IMG/VR virus record: IMGVR_UViG_3300045988_067909
Strand: one strand, 5' to 3'
DNA: 64,000 bases
Source: a virus
Under the pieces are notes generated by a model that was not told the DNA's origin, searched no databases, and worked only from the letters and a program-made list of their open reading frames with translations. Each line of letters opens with the position of its first letter. Position 1 is the first letter of the stretch. Below are positions 38,506-47,440 of the stretch, in pieces. The translations under genes and the position numbers were made by a program.

Positions 38506-39270
38506 ATGGCTAAAAAGATAATGACTCTACGTCAATATATTAAGAACCCATCGGGTACAGGTGCATCATTTGCTGGTAATAGAACAGCATTGACATCTAT
38601 GTACTCATTGAAGTTCTTTAAGGTATTAGTAGACTACAATAATAAGATTGAATACTCTGCCATAAAAGATAAACAAGGCAACTTCTGGTGTATCATGAAG
38701 ATACCATCAGAAAATATCCCTAGATTCTTTTATGACGTTATATATAAATTCTCTCCAGTTAAAGCTGGTGATGAGCATGATACTAAGCTAGAAGATTACA
38801 AAGTGCAATTCTTTAGTAATGACCCAGCTTTTACATATACATTCTCTTATGCATATCATAAGAATGGTTTAACTATTCCTGAACTAGAGAAGAAATATAG
38901 TTCAGAAGCTATTAGTGATAAACCTAAGACTACTAACCCTAATCTAGTAATTAACTATGCTAAGATATTATACTTTGGGTATTTGACTATTAATAAGTAT
39001 AAGCTTACTGATAAGGGTAAATATAAAGATGGTACAGTAAATCTCAAAGAGATTACTGATGCTGAAACTAAGATTGCTGAACGTGTAAAACAGCAAAAGA
39101 AATATGGTACTAAGACTAAACGTACCACTTCTAAAACAACAGGGAAATCCACTGCTCGTGGAGATCGTGGTTCATCTAAGACCATAGGTAATACAAAGAG
39201 AGTTGGAATTAGTAAAGCAAGTAAGTCAATACGTAGCACAAAATCAACAAAATCTGTCAAACGAAAGTAA
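38506..39270 (+). CDS. Protein with C-terminal basic Ser/Thr/Lys/Arg tail (DNA-binding?)
   Basis: 'KTKRTTSKTTGKSTARGDRGSSKTIGNTKRVGISKASKSIRSTKSTKSVKRK'. Confidence 0.55.
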   Translation: MAKKIMTLRQYIKNPSGTGASFAGNRTALTSMYSLKFFKVLVDYNNKIEYSAIKDKQGNFWCIMKIPSENIPRFFYDVIYKFSPVKAGDEHDTKLEDYKVQFFSNDPAFTYTFSYAYHKNGLTIPELEKKYSSEAISDKPKTTNPNLVINYAKILYFGYLTINKYKLTDKGKYKDGTVNLKEITDAETKIAERVKQQKKYGTKTKRTTSKTTGKSTARGDRGSSKTIGNTKRVGISKASKSIRSTKSTKSVKRK

Positions 39271-39320
39271 GATATAATGATATATTATATCTGTGCACGT
39301 ATTAGGGAGGTTAATATTAA

Positions 39321-40964
39321 ATGCAAGCATCTGAGAAACTAAAAGATTACAGAATGTCGATGTTTACCAAACTACCATTTGAGGTCGAAAGTAAAGTACT
39401 AGACCCAAATAAGTTAACTATGGAGGTGATAAAACCGCACTTATTTGTAAAAGGCAGTAATAATATTCCTTTGGTGGATCGATGGGATCCACTACCAGAA
39501 GATGAAATTGTAAAGAAAATACCTTCCGCTTTATATATGCCTATAGCTGAGAAGTTAGGACAAGATCCAGAATTAAACGTGCATCTGGATATCTTTAACC
39601 TAAAATCTAAACGAGGCTATAGCATACCTAAGGCTAATTTTGACATGCAGGAGCACTTTTGTAAGTATATCAATTACTTTGAAAAGTTCTATGACCCTGA
39701 ACATGAGTTATTAGCAGCATATGCATACATCAAAGCAACTATGGATGCATACCCGCAATATAACAAAGCCAATCTAGAATGGGATATCAGACGATTAATC
39801 CTGGATTCTAATATTGGTAAGAAAGTTAAAGAAATGAATGATGCTAACTGTGTATTAGAGCTTCGTTCATTTGATGGTGAAGGACGTAATATTGTATTAA
39901 ACTATAATAACCAACACGTCCATGCTATGATGGAAGTAAGTTTATTCCAAGTTATACTTATTCCATTATTAACACACTTTGCATTTCATAGACAAGTAGC
40001 GAATATTGATGAGTTCTTAATCTACTTCTACAATATTCTTCTTCGTGAAATGCATCCAGAAATGGATTTGGTTAACAAGTTATATCAAACAGTAATGAAT
40101 GGTGTAATGGTTAACTATAAACGGAATACTAAGTTATGGGTTAAGTTGGAGATTGCAGCTGTAGGTGTACATGAACAAGCAGCCAATATCTTAAACAATG
40201 TAATCATTCAGTTATTCCCAAAATACACTTACATCAGAAACGTAGTTCACTTTAACCATACTAGTATCGAACAAACATTGAGCTTTAAGATAGTAGATGG
40301 TAAGTATGATTATGTCTTCAATAGATTTAATCATGATAAACGTGATGATGAAAGCAGTAGTGACTTAGATATCTTTGAAGCTCATATGAGTAAAAGAAAT
40401 GAGTCATTGCTATTACATAACCAAGTTAACTATGAACGGGTTATGGAAACTATTGATAATGAGTTTGGTCCATTTGACCCTGAAGAAATAGCTTATTATC
40501 AAAAAGAGTTATCTAAAGATGCAGTATCTCCAGTAAATGAGCTACAACGGGAATTAGTTAGCTATCTATTCTTAAGATACTTTGGAGATCCATCTGCATT
40601 AAAGTCATTGACTCTAACTGGTTATATAAAACTTATTATAGCTAGTAGAAAAATATTATGCGAAAAGGGCCTATATACGATGGCAGCTATTCTATCTGGT
40701 AAAGTAGTTAAACGTGTAAATCGTAACTCAGTAAATAAGAAAGAATCTACTAAGATTCAATCTTCTCCTGAGTATAGAAAGCTTATTGACAGATATAAGA
40801 GCGAGAAAACCGAGAACTATATTATGGCTCTTTTAGCTACTATCCTATCATCTAAGTTTACATGTATTGATTATCATAATCAAGAGAACACTGGTGCACC
40901 TATCATGTCTAACTCTGATGTAATCAATGATGAGTTCTTACGTTATGTATTGATGATTGGATAG
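39321..40964 (+). CDS. Hypothetical protein (547 aa)
   Basis: AGGGAGG SD. Confidence 0.55.
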   Translation: MQASEKLKDYRMSMFTKLPFEVESKVLDPNKLTMEVIKPHLFVKGSNNIPLVDRWDPLPEDEIVKKIPSALYMPIAEKLGQDPELNVHLDIFNLKSKRGYSIPKANFDMQEHFCKYINYFEKFYDPEHELLAAYAYIKATMDAYPQYNKANLEWDIRRLILDSNIGKKVKEMNDANCVLELRSFDGEGRNIVLNYNNQHVHAMMEVSLFQVILIPLLTHFAFHRQVANIDEFLIYFYNILLREMHPEMDLVNKLYQTVMNGVMVNYKRNTKLWVKLEIAAVGVHEQAANILNNVIIQLFPKYTYIRNVVHFNHTSIEQTLSFKIVDGKYDYVFNRFNHDKRDDESSSDLDIFEAHMSKRNESLLLHNQVNYERVMETIDNEFGPFDPEEIAYYQKELSKDAVSPVNELQRELVSYLFLRYFGDPSALKSLTLTGYIKLIIASRKILCEKGLYTMAAILSGKVVKRVNRNSVNKKESTKIQSSPEYRKLIDRYKSEKTENYIMALLATILSSKFTCIDYHNQENTGAPIMSNSDVINDEFLRYVLMIG

Positions 40965-41007
40965 ATTTCAGAATGCTAATTGTTTTATCGTAAAGGAGAA
41001 TCCTATT

Positions 41008-42078
41008 ATGTATGGAAAACTATTTGAAAGTGACGACTATATTAGCGACGTTGTTAGAAGATGTCGTGGTTTTAGAGAGTTCGTTAAAAGCGAAATCTTA
41101 AAAGGTGTCGGAGGCCATAGTAGTGCCTCTGGTACTGATGAAAACGGTGAACCTATACAATATATTGGTGAAAAGAAAGTATTGATCAAAGGTAATGTAT
41201 TAGAGTTCATTGACAAAGTATATTGGTTGACTTATCATATCGAACGGTTTGTTGTTTGGAATACACCAGCTAACCCTAGATATAAAAGTCTAAAAGTGGC
41301 TATAGATAATATCCCTGGTGGAAAATTTAATAGCAAAGAATGCTTTAGATTAGCAGATGAAGCAGTAAGCTTCTTTGTAAAATATGATGAAGCATATAAA
41401 GATAGTGATAATGCAGCTATCGCTATTCTAAAAGCAAAAACTAGACAGCAACTAACTGCTTTATCTAATGTATTTGTGGATAGAAGGAAATCAAGATCAG
41501 TAACTGATAAACTAGAGCAATTAGACTCTGTAATTGGTAGTAGATATAATGATTACAATGATGCTAGAGATCTTATCAGTGAATACTGCTGTTTCTTATA
41601 TGAATATATTAATGAAGTATATGATGATGATTTTACCAATCTACTAGACTTCCATGTTGGCGATGTAGCATACTGGCCTACAGGGGTAGATTATAGAACT
41701 GATGATAACTTCTATTATAAAGATGAGTCAGAAGATAATACTAAAAGATTTGCACCACCAACTGTCAATATAAAACAAATTGACACTTTTAGCATTCATA
41801 AAGTGCTAATGATTCTAAATGATATACGCTATGATAGCTTTGAAGAATTTATTGGAGCTATGGCGGATACTATGAGTGATTGTCTTGGTAAGGTAGATGC
41901 AACTCAAATTACTGATGCTTTATATTATTACCGTGTACAAGTTATGAAAAAATTCCCTAATGTGGAGTTTGATGTGTCTTCTGACGAATTCGAAAGAGTT
42001 ATAATGAATCTTCAACGAGTTATCAATAATTTGTATAACCCAATGCTAGTTAGTATTATTGATAAAGAAAGTTGGTAA
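41008..42078 (+). CDS. Hypothetical protein (356 aa)
   Basis: 'aaaggagaatcctattATG' at M18 of the listed ORF. Confidence 0.55.
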   Translation: MYGKLFESDDYISDVVRRCRGFREFVKSEILKGVGGHSSASGTDENGEPIQYIGEKKVLIKGNVLEFIDKVYWLTYHIERFVVWNTPANPRYKSLKVAIDNIPGGKFNSKECFRLADEAVSFFVKYDEAYKDSDNAAIAILKAKTRQQLTALSNVFVDRRKSRSVTDKLEQLDSVIGSRYNDYNDARDLISEYCCFLYEYINEVYDDDFTNLLDFHVGDVAYWPTGVDYRTDDNFYYKDESEDNTKRFAPPTVNIKQIDTFSIHKVLMILNDIRYDSFEEFIGAMADTMSDCLGKVDATQITDALYYYRVQVMKKFPNVEFDVSSDEFERVIMNLQRVINNLYNPMLVSIIDKESW

Positions 42079-42083
42079 TAGTC

Positions 42084-42623
42084 ATGTATTATAGCTATTT
42101 TGATAAACAGACCACTATTGATAAGAAAGTAAAGACTGCATTAAAGACTTTATCATATGTAATGGATGAAAATCCATTTACTGTTACAGTAGAAGATGAT
42201 ATCCATTGTAGATTCACATCCAGAGGATCTACAAACGATAACATCTTTCTTATTTGTGAGAAAGAAGTCGGTAATGCTATACGTGAAGACATTGTAGAGA
42301 TAACTTCTGAGATTGAAGTGTATCATGCTCTAATAGACTCTATTAAATTTCTTGATTACATCAATCTATTCTATGATGATATTGATGCATACTCAAGTGG
42401 TGTAGCTTATGATTTACTATATGATCTATTTAGTGATTATGGTAGAATAAGATTCCTATCCAAGGATAGAAAAGATATTACATTTAAAGATATCAACGAC
42501 ATATTAGTTAATGCTGAAAAGTTCATATTAGCAGCGTATAATGTAGATATCTCTGAAAAACTAGAAGATGCTCATAAAGCATTATTAGACCTTGATATTA
42601 TATATACGGAGGCTAGTAAATAA
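42084..42623 (+). CDS. Hypothetical protein (179 aa)
   Basis: First ATG at M5 of the listed TTG-started ORF. Confidence 0.5.
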   Translation: MYYSYFDKQTTIDKKVKTALKTLSYVMDENPFTVTVEDDIHCRFTSRGSTNDNIFLICEKEVGNAIREDIVEITSEIEVYHALIDSIKFLDYINLFYDDIDAYSSGVAYDLLYDLFSDYGRIRFLSKDRKDITFKDINDILVNAEKFILAAYNVDISEKLEDAHKALLDLDIIYTEASK

Positions 42624-43081
42624 TGAGTTACAGTAAATTAGCAGAGATTGCACAAATTGAATCGTCTTTTGATGATTATGCTAGTGATATTCTAGATCTA
42701 TTGGAAGACCTATTGAGTATTACAAAAGATGGTGATACTTATGAATTCAAAACTACAGTTAATAGATTAGCTTTGACTAATTTCAAAGGTAAAGAAGAAA
42801 CAGTAGAATCGTATACTAAGTCTTTATATAGACTTTGTAGATTGAAAGCTCTTATTCGGTATAGTTTTGCCGAAGGAGCATCTTCATTATGTATATTAGA
42901 TGTATTCTTTAATGACGATTTCCCTGGTGAAGGCATTACATTCCTTACACTATGTCAAGATGTACTTGATGTAGTAGATTGGATTGCTAAAGAATATGAC
43001 TATAAGGTAAATGAAGCTAATGCAAAAGTGTTAATTAATTTATTTGAGTGCTTTAGTAAGGCATTTGATAAACTACGTTAA
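42623..43081 (+). CDS. Hypothetical protein (152 aa)
   Basis: TAATG start/stop overlap and a GGAGG SD. Confidence 0.5.
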   Translation: MSYSKLAEIAQIESSFDDYASDILDLLEDLLSITKDGDTYEFKTTVNRLALTNFKGKEETVESYTKSLYRLCRLKALIRYSFAEGASSLCILDVFFNDDFPGEGITFLTLCQDVLDVVDWIAKEYDYKVNEANAKVLINLFECFSKAFDKLR

Positions 43082-43102
43082 GAATCAATCGAGGTAAAAA
43101 AC

Positions 43103-43600
43103 ATGAAATTCACAAAAAGATTAAAATTAGTACAAGATAAAATAGGTAGTATCATCAATGAACTATACTGGGACTATGAATGTAGTCAAGGTAGTGTATT
43201 TGAGTTTGAATATAATGGTGAAATCTATCGACCAATAAAAGATGATTGGTGGACATATTCAGACAATTGTGTTTGGTATGATGCAAAGATAGACTATACT
43301 ATTACTAATGAATCTCTATATGTGATTGGTTATCTATTTGAGTACTTTGAATACAATCAATTATATGAAATCTTTTCTGATTTAGAAGATTTCTTAGATA
43401 AAGAATATCATGTTAAAGAACTTGACCTAAATAAGGTTGGAGAAGGTATATTAGAAATTCGTGAAGGTATCGAAAAGAAATTTCCTGGTGCTAAATTCAC
43501 TAATGATGCGGATGCTATGATTAAAGGTCTCCAATCTATTCAACGTATTTTAGATAGTACAATCAGTAAATACGTTGTATGGATGATCAAAGAAGCATAA
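43103..43600 (+). CDS. Hypothetical protein (165 aa)
   Basis: 'cgaggtaaaaaacATG'. Confidence 0.5.
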   Translation: MKFTKRLKLVQDKIGSIINELYWDYECSQGSVFEFEYNGEIYRPIKDDWWTYSDNCVWYDAKIDYTITNESLYVIGYLFEYFEYNQLYEIFSDLEDFLDKEYHVKELDLNKVGEGILEIREGIEKKFPGAKFTNDADAMIKGLQSIQRILDSTISKYVVWMIKEA

Positions 43601-43619
43601 AGATAAAAGGTTCAATGAT

Positions 43620-44669
43620 ATGGACATCTATAGTTTAAAAGAGCTATTGAAAGATAGCATACAGGGCTCAATGTTTGCAGCCCAAAGAAAAGAACTAGTA
43701 GCTAGATGTCCATATTGTGGACATACATCTAGTGCTAGTAAGAAGCATTTATATATTAGCGTCCAAGAAGATAAACCTATAATGTATAATTGCTTTAAAT
43801 GTAATGAACGTGGTATAGTTGATCAAGAGATCTTAATGAAACTTGGTGTAAGAGATATTAATACAATCAAAGAAGTCAATATCTATAACCAGGAGGTAAG
43901 AGAGAACTCTGATCATTCTACGTATACTAAGAAGAGAAACTATTCTAGTATAAATTACAATAAGCTATATGATAATTTCATGCAGAGTGGTAATAAGTTA
44001 CCTAATGAGATTATACAGAAGAAACTTGATTATCTTAATGGTCGTTTAGGATTGAACTATCCTATACAGAGATATATAGATAGTCGTATAGTATTTGACT
44101 TATCAAATGATGCTATATATTATAAGATACGTAAGTATAAGAGAATGACTGACGATGATTTCGTTATACTCAATAATGAGTATATTGGATTTGTTACAGC
44201 AGACCAATCTGGGATAGTTTTACGTCATATTTATGATAATGAACTTCCCAGATACATTATAATCAATATGTCTGGGAACGATGAAATGGTCAAAAGCTAT
44301 ACAATTCCATGTTGCCTTAGTATACCCACTGGGCCTATTAAAATTCATCTCTCAGAAGGCCAATTTGATATACTGTCCATATTCTTTAACGTACGTAATC
44401 AAGAGCCTGGTATATACTTAGCCACATCTGGTTCTAACTATATATCAGCTATACAATATCTAGCTAGTAGATATGGTCTATTTAATATGGAATGGCATTT
44501 CTACTTTGATAATGATGATGCTGGTACAATATCCAAAGAAGTCACCAAGTCTTATATCAAAAGACATGGATTCTACTTCACTGGAGATGTATATTTCCAT
44601 AGTAATAGAAAGAAGAAAGACTTTGGTGTACCATTAAGTGATATAGTTGAAGAATACGAATTATTCTAA
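43620..44669 (+). CDS. DNA primase (N-terminal Cys4 zinc ribbon plus TOPRIM domain)
   Basis: 'CPYCGHTS...YNCFKCNERG' (compare T7 gp4 'CDNCGSSDGNSLFSDGHTFCYVCEKW'). TOPRIM 'SEGQFD' and 'FDNDDAG'. No helicase domain. Confidence 0.65.
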   Translation: MDIYSLKELLKDSIQGSMFAAQRKELVARCPYCGHTSSASKKHLYISVQEDKPIMYNCFKCNERGIVDQEILMKLGVRDINTIKEVNIYNQEVRENSDHSTYTKKRNYSSINYNKLYDNFMQSGNKLPNEIIQKKLDYLNGRLGLNYPIQRYIDSRIVFDLSNDAIYYKIRKYKRMTDDDFVILNNEYIGFVTADQSGIVLRHIYDNELPRYIIINMSGNDEMVKSYTIPCCLSIPTGPIKIHLSEGQFDILSIFFNVRNQEPGIYLATSGSNYISAIQYLASRYGLFNMEWHFYFDNDDAGTISKEVTKSYIKRHGFYFTGDVYFHSNRKKKDFGVPLSDIVEEYELF

Positions 44670-44670
44670 T

Positions 44671-44699
44671 CCAGTATGGGGATAATACCTCATACTGGG
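44671..44699 (+). terminator. Terminator 'ccagtatgggg-ataata-cctcatactgg' plus 'gtttattttttg'
   Basis: About 11-bp stem with one G-U pair, followed by a strong T-run. Confidence 0.6.
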
Positions 44700-44750
44700 T
44701 TTATTTTTTGTCTTTAACAGATAGGTAATCGTACACAAGGAGGAATAACT

Positions 44751-45980
44751 ATGGGTAAAATAGCAAATAAGACCTATATCAATACTGTCAACTCAATGAC
44801 AAATAGTATGGTCGATAGAATTGATAATAACTTCTATACATTCATAGATAAGGCTCCGACTACAGTAACGTATTATAATATCAATACTGAAAAGACAACT
44901 ATCGACGAAGGTACAGCTATGATGTATAGCTATACTGATAAAGATAGCAGCATTAGATTTAATAAGATCAATGATGTAGTATTATTTGGTATAGATAGAA
45001 TTGCCATAGATATTGATGCTGGTGATTTTGGTGCTGAAGGTAGTTCCGTAGAAGGGGATGCTTACTTAGTACCTAATGCGTTCAAACCATTTCCTCAAGA
45101 CTATTTCATCATTAACCATATGAAAGATAAAGCTGTATTTAAGATTACAGCTGTATCTTTAGATACTATGCCTAATGGTGCTAATATGTATAAGCTTAGC
45201 TATAAACTAAGTCTTATGGATGCAGATACTACTGAGCTAGATAACTTAGCTACAGATGAGTATGAAATGGTTGTCGGTAACCAAGGTACTAACCTATCTA
45301 TGCTTATTAGAAGCACAGACTATGATTATATCACCAGATTAGAAAATATCTGTAATAGTTTGAGAGCTATCTTTAGAAGCTACTTCTATAGTGATAGAAC
45401 TCAAGCATATATCTTTAAGTATGATGATCGTAATTTCTATGATCCTTTCATGATAGAGTTTATATTACGTACTGATTGTATGAACTCTCCAGAACTGCCA
45501 TACTTATTTATGGACCACCAACTATATATGCCACAGACTTTCCCATTAGACTATAAGCGTACATTCCAGTATGCTGTAGAGAAAGGTAAAGTCGATGTAC
45601 TATGTAATCCAAATCTTAATGCTACATTGGTTACAGACCAAACTTCTATGCTGGCTAGATGCTTAGAAGAATACTATTACGTACATTTATATAGGCCTGG
45701 TGCTTATTATCCTATCAGTGCTTATGATGATGATACAGTAAGACGTATTCAACAAGCAGATGCTTATGATAGAACAGAACCTGGATTCTATAAGAATATT
45801 CTTATAGAGTATTTCTTACGTAGAAACGATAAACGTTTCACTGAAGAGGTTCTAAGAGAGTTAGAAGAATTCAATTATGATAGACCTCTAAATGAACTAT
45901 TCTACTATTTACCAGTGATTATCTATATCTTAATGGATAAATGTAATCTACTTAGTACAGATATAGCTAAAAGAGGGTAA
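44751..45980 (+). CDS. Hypothetical protein (409 aa)
   Basis: AAGGAGG SD. Confidence 0.55.
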   Translation: MGKIANKTYINTVNSMTNSMVDRIDNNFYTFIDKAPTTVTYYNINTEKTTIDEGTAMMYSYTDKDSSIRFNKINDVVLFGIDRIAIDIDAGDFGAEGSSVEGDAYLVPNAFKPFPQDYFIINHMKDKAVFKITAVSLDTMPNGANMYKLSYKLSLMDADTTELDNLATDEYEMVVGNQGTNLSMLIRSTDYDYITRLENICNSLRAIFRSYFYSDRTQAYIFKYDDRNFYDPFMIEFILRTDCMNSPELPYLFMDHQLYMPQTFPLDYKRTFQYAVEKGKVDVLCNPNLNATLVTDQTSMLARCLEEYYYVHLYRPGAYYPISAYDDDTVRRIQQADAYDRTEPGFYKNILIEYFLRRNDKRFTEEVLRELEEFNYDRPLNELFYYLPVIIYILMDKCNLLSTDIAKRG

Positions 45981-46026
45981 GTCCAACATATTCATAATTT
46001 CATAGTCCTTATGGAGGTTAAAAAAT

Positions 46027-46281
46027 ATGAATGATTTAGACCGATTCTTCCTAGAGGATCTAGAAGGTGAACTATTTCTAGACGTTCTAAGTGAAGATAC
46101 TACATTGGATCTATTAATTGACGATACTCATCGTGGTGATGTTGATGTAGATCCTGCAAGTGATGACTACACAGCTAATTACTTAGATGATGTAGATGAT
46201 AACAATCTTGATCGTGTTATTGATGGTGAAGAAATCGATGATGACGACGATTACGATGATGATTATGATGATTTTTATTAA
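46027..46281 (+). CDS. Small hyper-acidic protein (84 aa; 'DDDDYDDDYDDFY' tail)
   Basis: GGAGGT SD. Roughly 40% Asp/Glu. Confidence 0.5.
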   Translation: MNDLDRFFLEDLEGELFLDVLSEDTTLDLLIDDTHRGDVDVDPASDDYTANYLDDVDDNNLDRVIDGEEIDDDDDYDDDYDDFY

Positions 46282-46299
46282 AAAAGGAGCTTTGTAACA

Positions 46300-46653
46300 A
46301 TGGCTGATGTAATTAGACAAGACTTAGACCGTGATGCTACTGCTGTAATTGATATTGTTAAATCTGGTAGTGCAGATGATCATGTAGTTGATAATGTTAT
46401 TGACACCGTAACTGATGCTATCTCTGATGTAGAATTAGATGATACTCATAACGATGGTGATGACATTGATGCAGTTGAAGGTTTAGAACCTCAAGAGATA
46501 GATATCTATGCTGATGATGAAAATGATGCAGCTGAAATCGAATTAATGAATGATGCTGGTACAGAAGATGATAGTGATACTGATGATGAAGGTGTTACTG
46601 AAGAAATCGTTGATGCTGTACAAGAAGCTATGTCTGAACTAGAAGACTTTTAA
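46300..46653 (+). CDS. Small hyper-acidic protein (117 aa)
   Basis: AAAGGAG SD. Asp-rich throughout. Confidence 0.5.
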   Translation: MADVIRQDLDRDATAVIDIVKSGSADDHVVDNVIDTVTDAISDVELDDTHNDGDDIDAVEGLEPQEIDIYADDENDAAEIELMNDAGTEDDSDTDDEGVTEEIVDAVQEAMSELEDF

Positions 46654-46678
46654 TTTTTTACAAAAAATAAAACAATTA

Positions 46679-46707
46679 TGTAGAAGAGGCTGCGAACCTC
46701 TTCTACA
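46679..46707. terminator. Bidirectional terminator 'tgtagaagagg-ctgcgaa-cctcttctaca' with T-tracts on both sides
   Basis: Lies between convergent blocks. 'ttttttacaaaaaataaaacaa' on one side and 'cattgttttgttt' on the other. Confidence 0.7.
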
Positions 46708-46726
46708 CATTGTTTTGTTTAGAGTA

Positions 46727-46903
46727 TTATGGTTCTAATCCTTCGATAAAGGATAAGCAGTCCATATACTCATTATGAGAATAGTTTTTTGAATTACCAT
46801 TCTCATAATTGTGTACCACAGATAAAGCTAATCTTACTTTTAGTGCAAAATTAGCTTTATAACCTGCGTTGAGATTAAAATATCTCATTTGTGCCCCTGT
46901 CAT
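46727..46903 (-). CDS. Small ORF A (58 aa) behind duplicated leader
   Basis: ATG at 46903 after a perfect 'AAAGGAGGTGATCC' SD (M11 of the listed GTG-started ORF). Confidence 0.5.
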   Translation of the reverse strand: MTGAQMRYFNLNAGYKANFALKVRLALSVVHNYENGNSKNYSHNEYMDCLSFIEGLEP

Positions 46904-47038
46904 AGGATCACCTCCTTTGACGGTGGAGAACACACCGTGTATGGTTATATTTAGATACAGCTATTTGCGGTAGCTGTATCTACCATACACATTTATAGTA
47001 TATAACTATAACTCAGTTTACTTTATAAAAAATAATGG
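46901..47038 (-). repeat. Leader/promoter repeat copy A (~135 bp, ~88% identical to copy B)
   Basis: 'cataggatcacctcctttgacggtggagaacacaccgtgtatgg...agatacagcta-N7-tagctgtatct...acatttatagtat...cagtttacttt'. Confidence 0.7.
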
Positions 47039-47040
47039 TT

Positions 47041-47089
47041 CATGGGTAGATGAGTGAACACCTACCCATGAAGGTAGTCAAACTACCTT
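47041..47089 (-). terminator. Tandem hairpins plus minus-strand T-tract that terminate ORF B ahead of leader A
   Basis: 'catgggtag-N12-ctacccatg' and 'aaggtag-tcaaa-ctacctt'. On the minus strand they are followed by 'aaccattattttttataaag'. Confidence 0.45.
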
Positions 47090-47265
47090 ACACCATATTT
47101 GTCCATCAGCCTAGCTGATGCACCTCCTCTAACAGGTAGAGGAGATGGGTGTTGTAAAACACCAAACTTATCAACGTATGGAATCGATTCAGACTCGATT
47201 CTCATACGATCAATGTCTGGGACTAGTTTACACCAGTCCAACATTTTCTCTCTTTCTGACGTCAT
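47083..47265 (-). CDS. Small ORF B (60 aa) behind duplicated leader
   Basis: ATG at 47265 after the same 14-nt SD as ORF A. The first two codons (ATG AC.) are shared with ORF A, but the protein is otherwise unrelated. Confidence 0.5.
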   Translation of the reverse strand: MTSEREKMLDWCKLVPDIDRMRIESESIPYVDKFGVLQHPSPLPVRGGASARLMDKYGVR

Positions 47266-47400
47266 AGGATCACCTCCTTTGACGGTGGAGAACACACCGT
47301 GTATGGGTAAATTTAGATACAGCTAATTCCGATAGCTGTATCTACCATGCACATTTATAGTATGCAATTGTAAAACAGTTTACTTTAACGAAAAGAAATC
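47263..47400 (-). repeat. Leader/promoter repeat copy B
   Basis: Direct repeat of 46901..47038. The stem 'agatacagcta/tagctgtatct' is conserved while the loop differs (tttgcgg against attccga). Confidence 0.7.
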
Positions 47401-47426
47401 CCTGTATAGGCATTGCCTATACAGGG
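47400..47426. terminator. Terminator 'ccctgtataggc-att-gcctatacaggg' (CAATG-family, T-tracts on both strands)
   Basis: 12-bp perfect stem. '+' side 'tatttttgtgtttc'; '-' side 'atttcttttcgtt'. Confidence 0.65.
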
Positions 47427-47440
47427 TATTTTTGTGTTTC

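Noticed and set aside
46898-46918. Possible 16S rRNA gene fragment ('AGGATCACCTCCTTT')
   Set aside because: Only 15 nt match, with no flanking rRNA-like sequence. It is the antisense of an extended SD for minus-strand ORFs.
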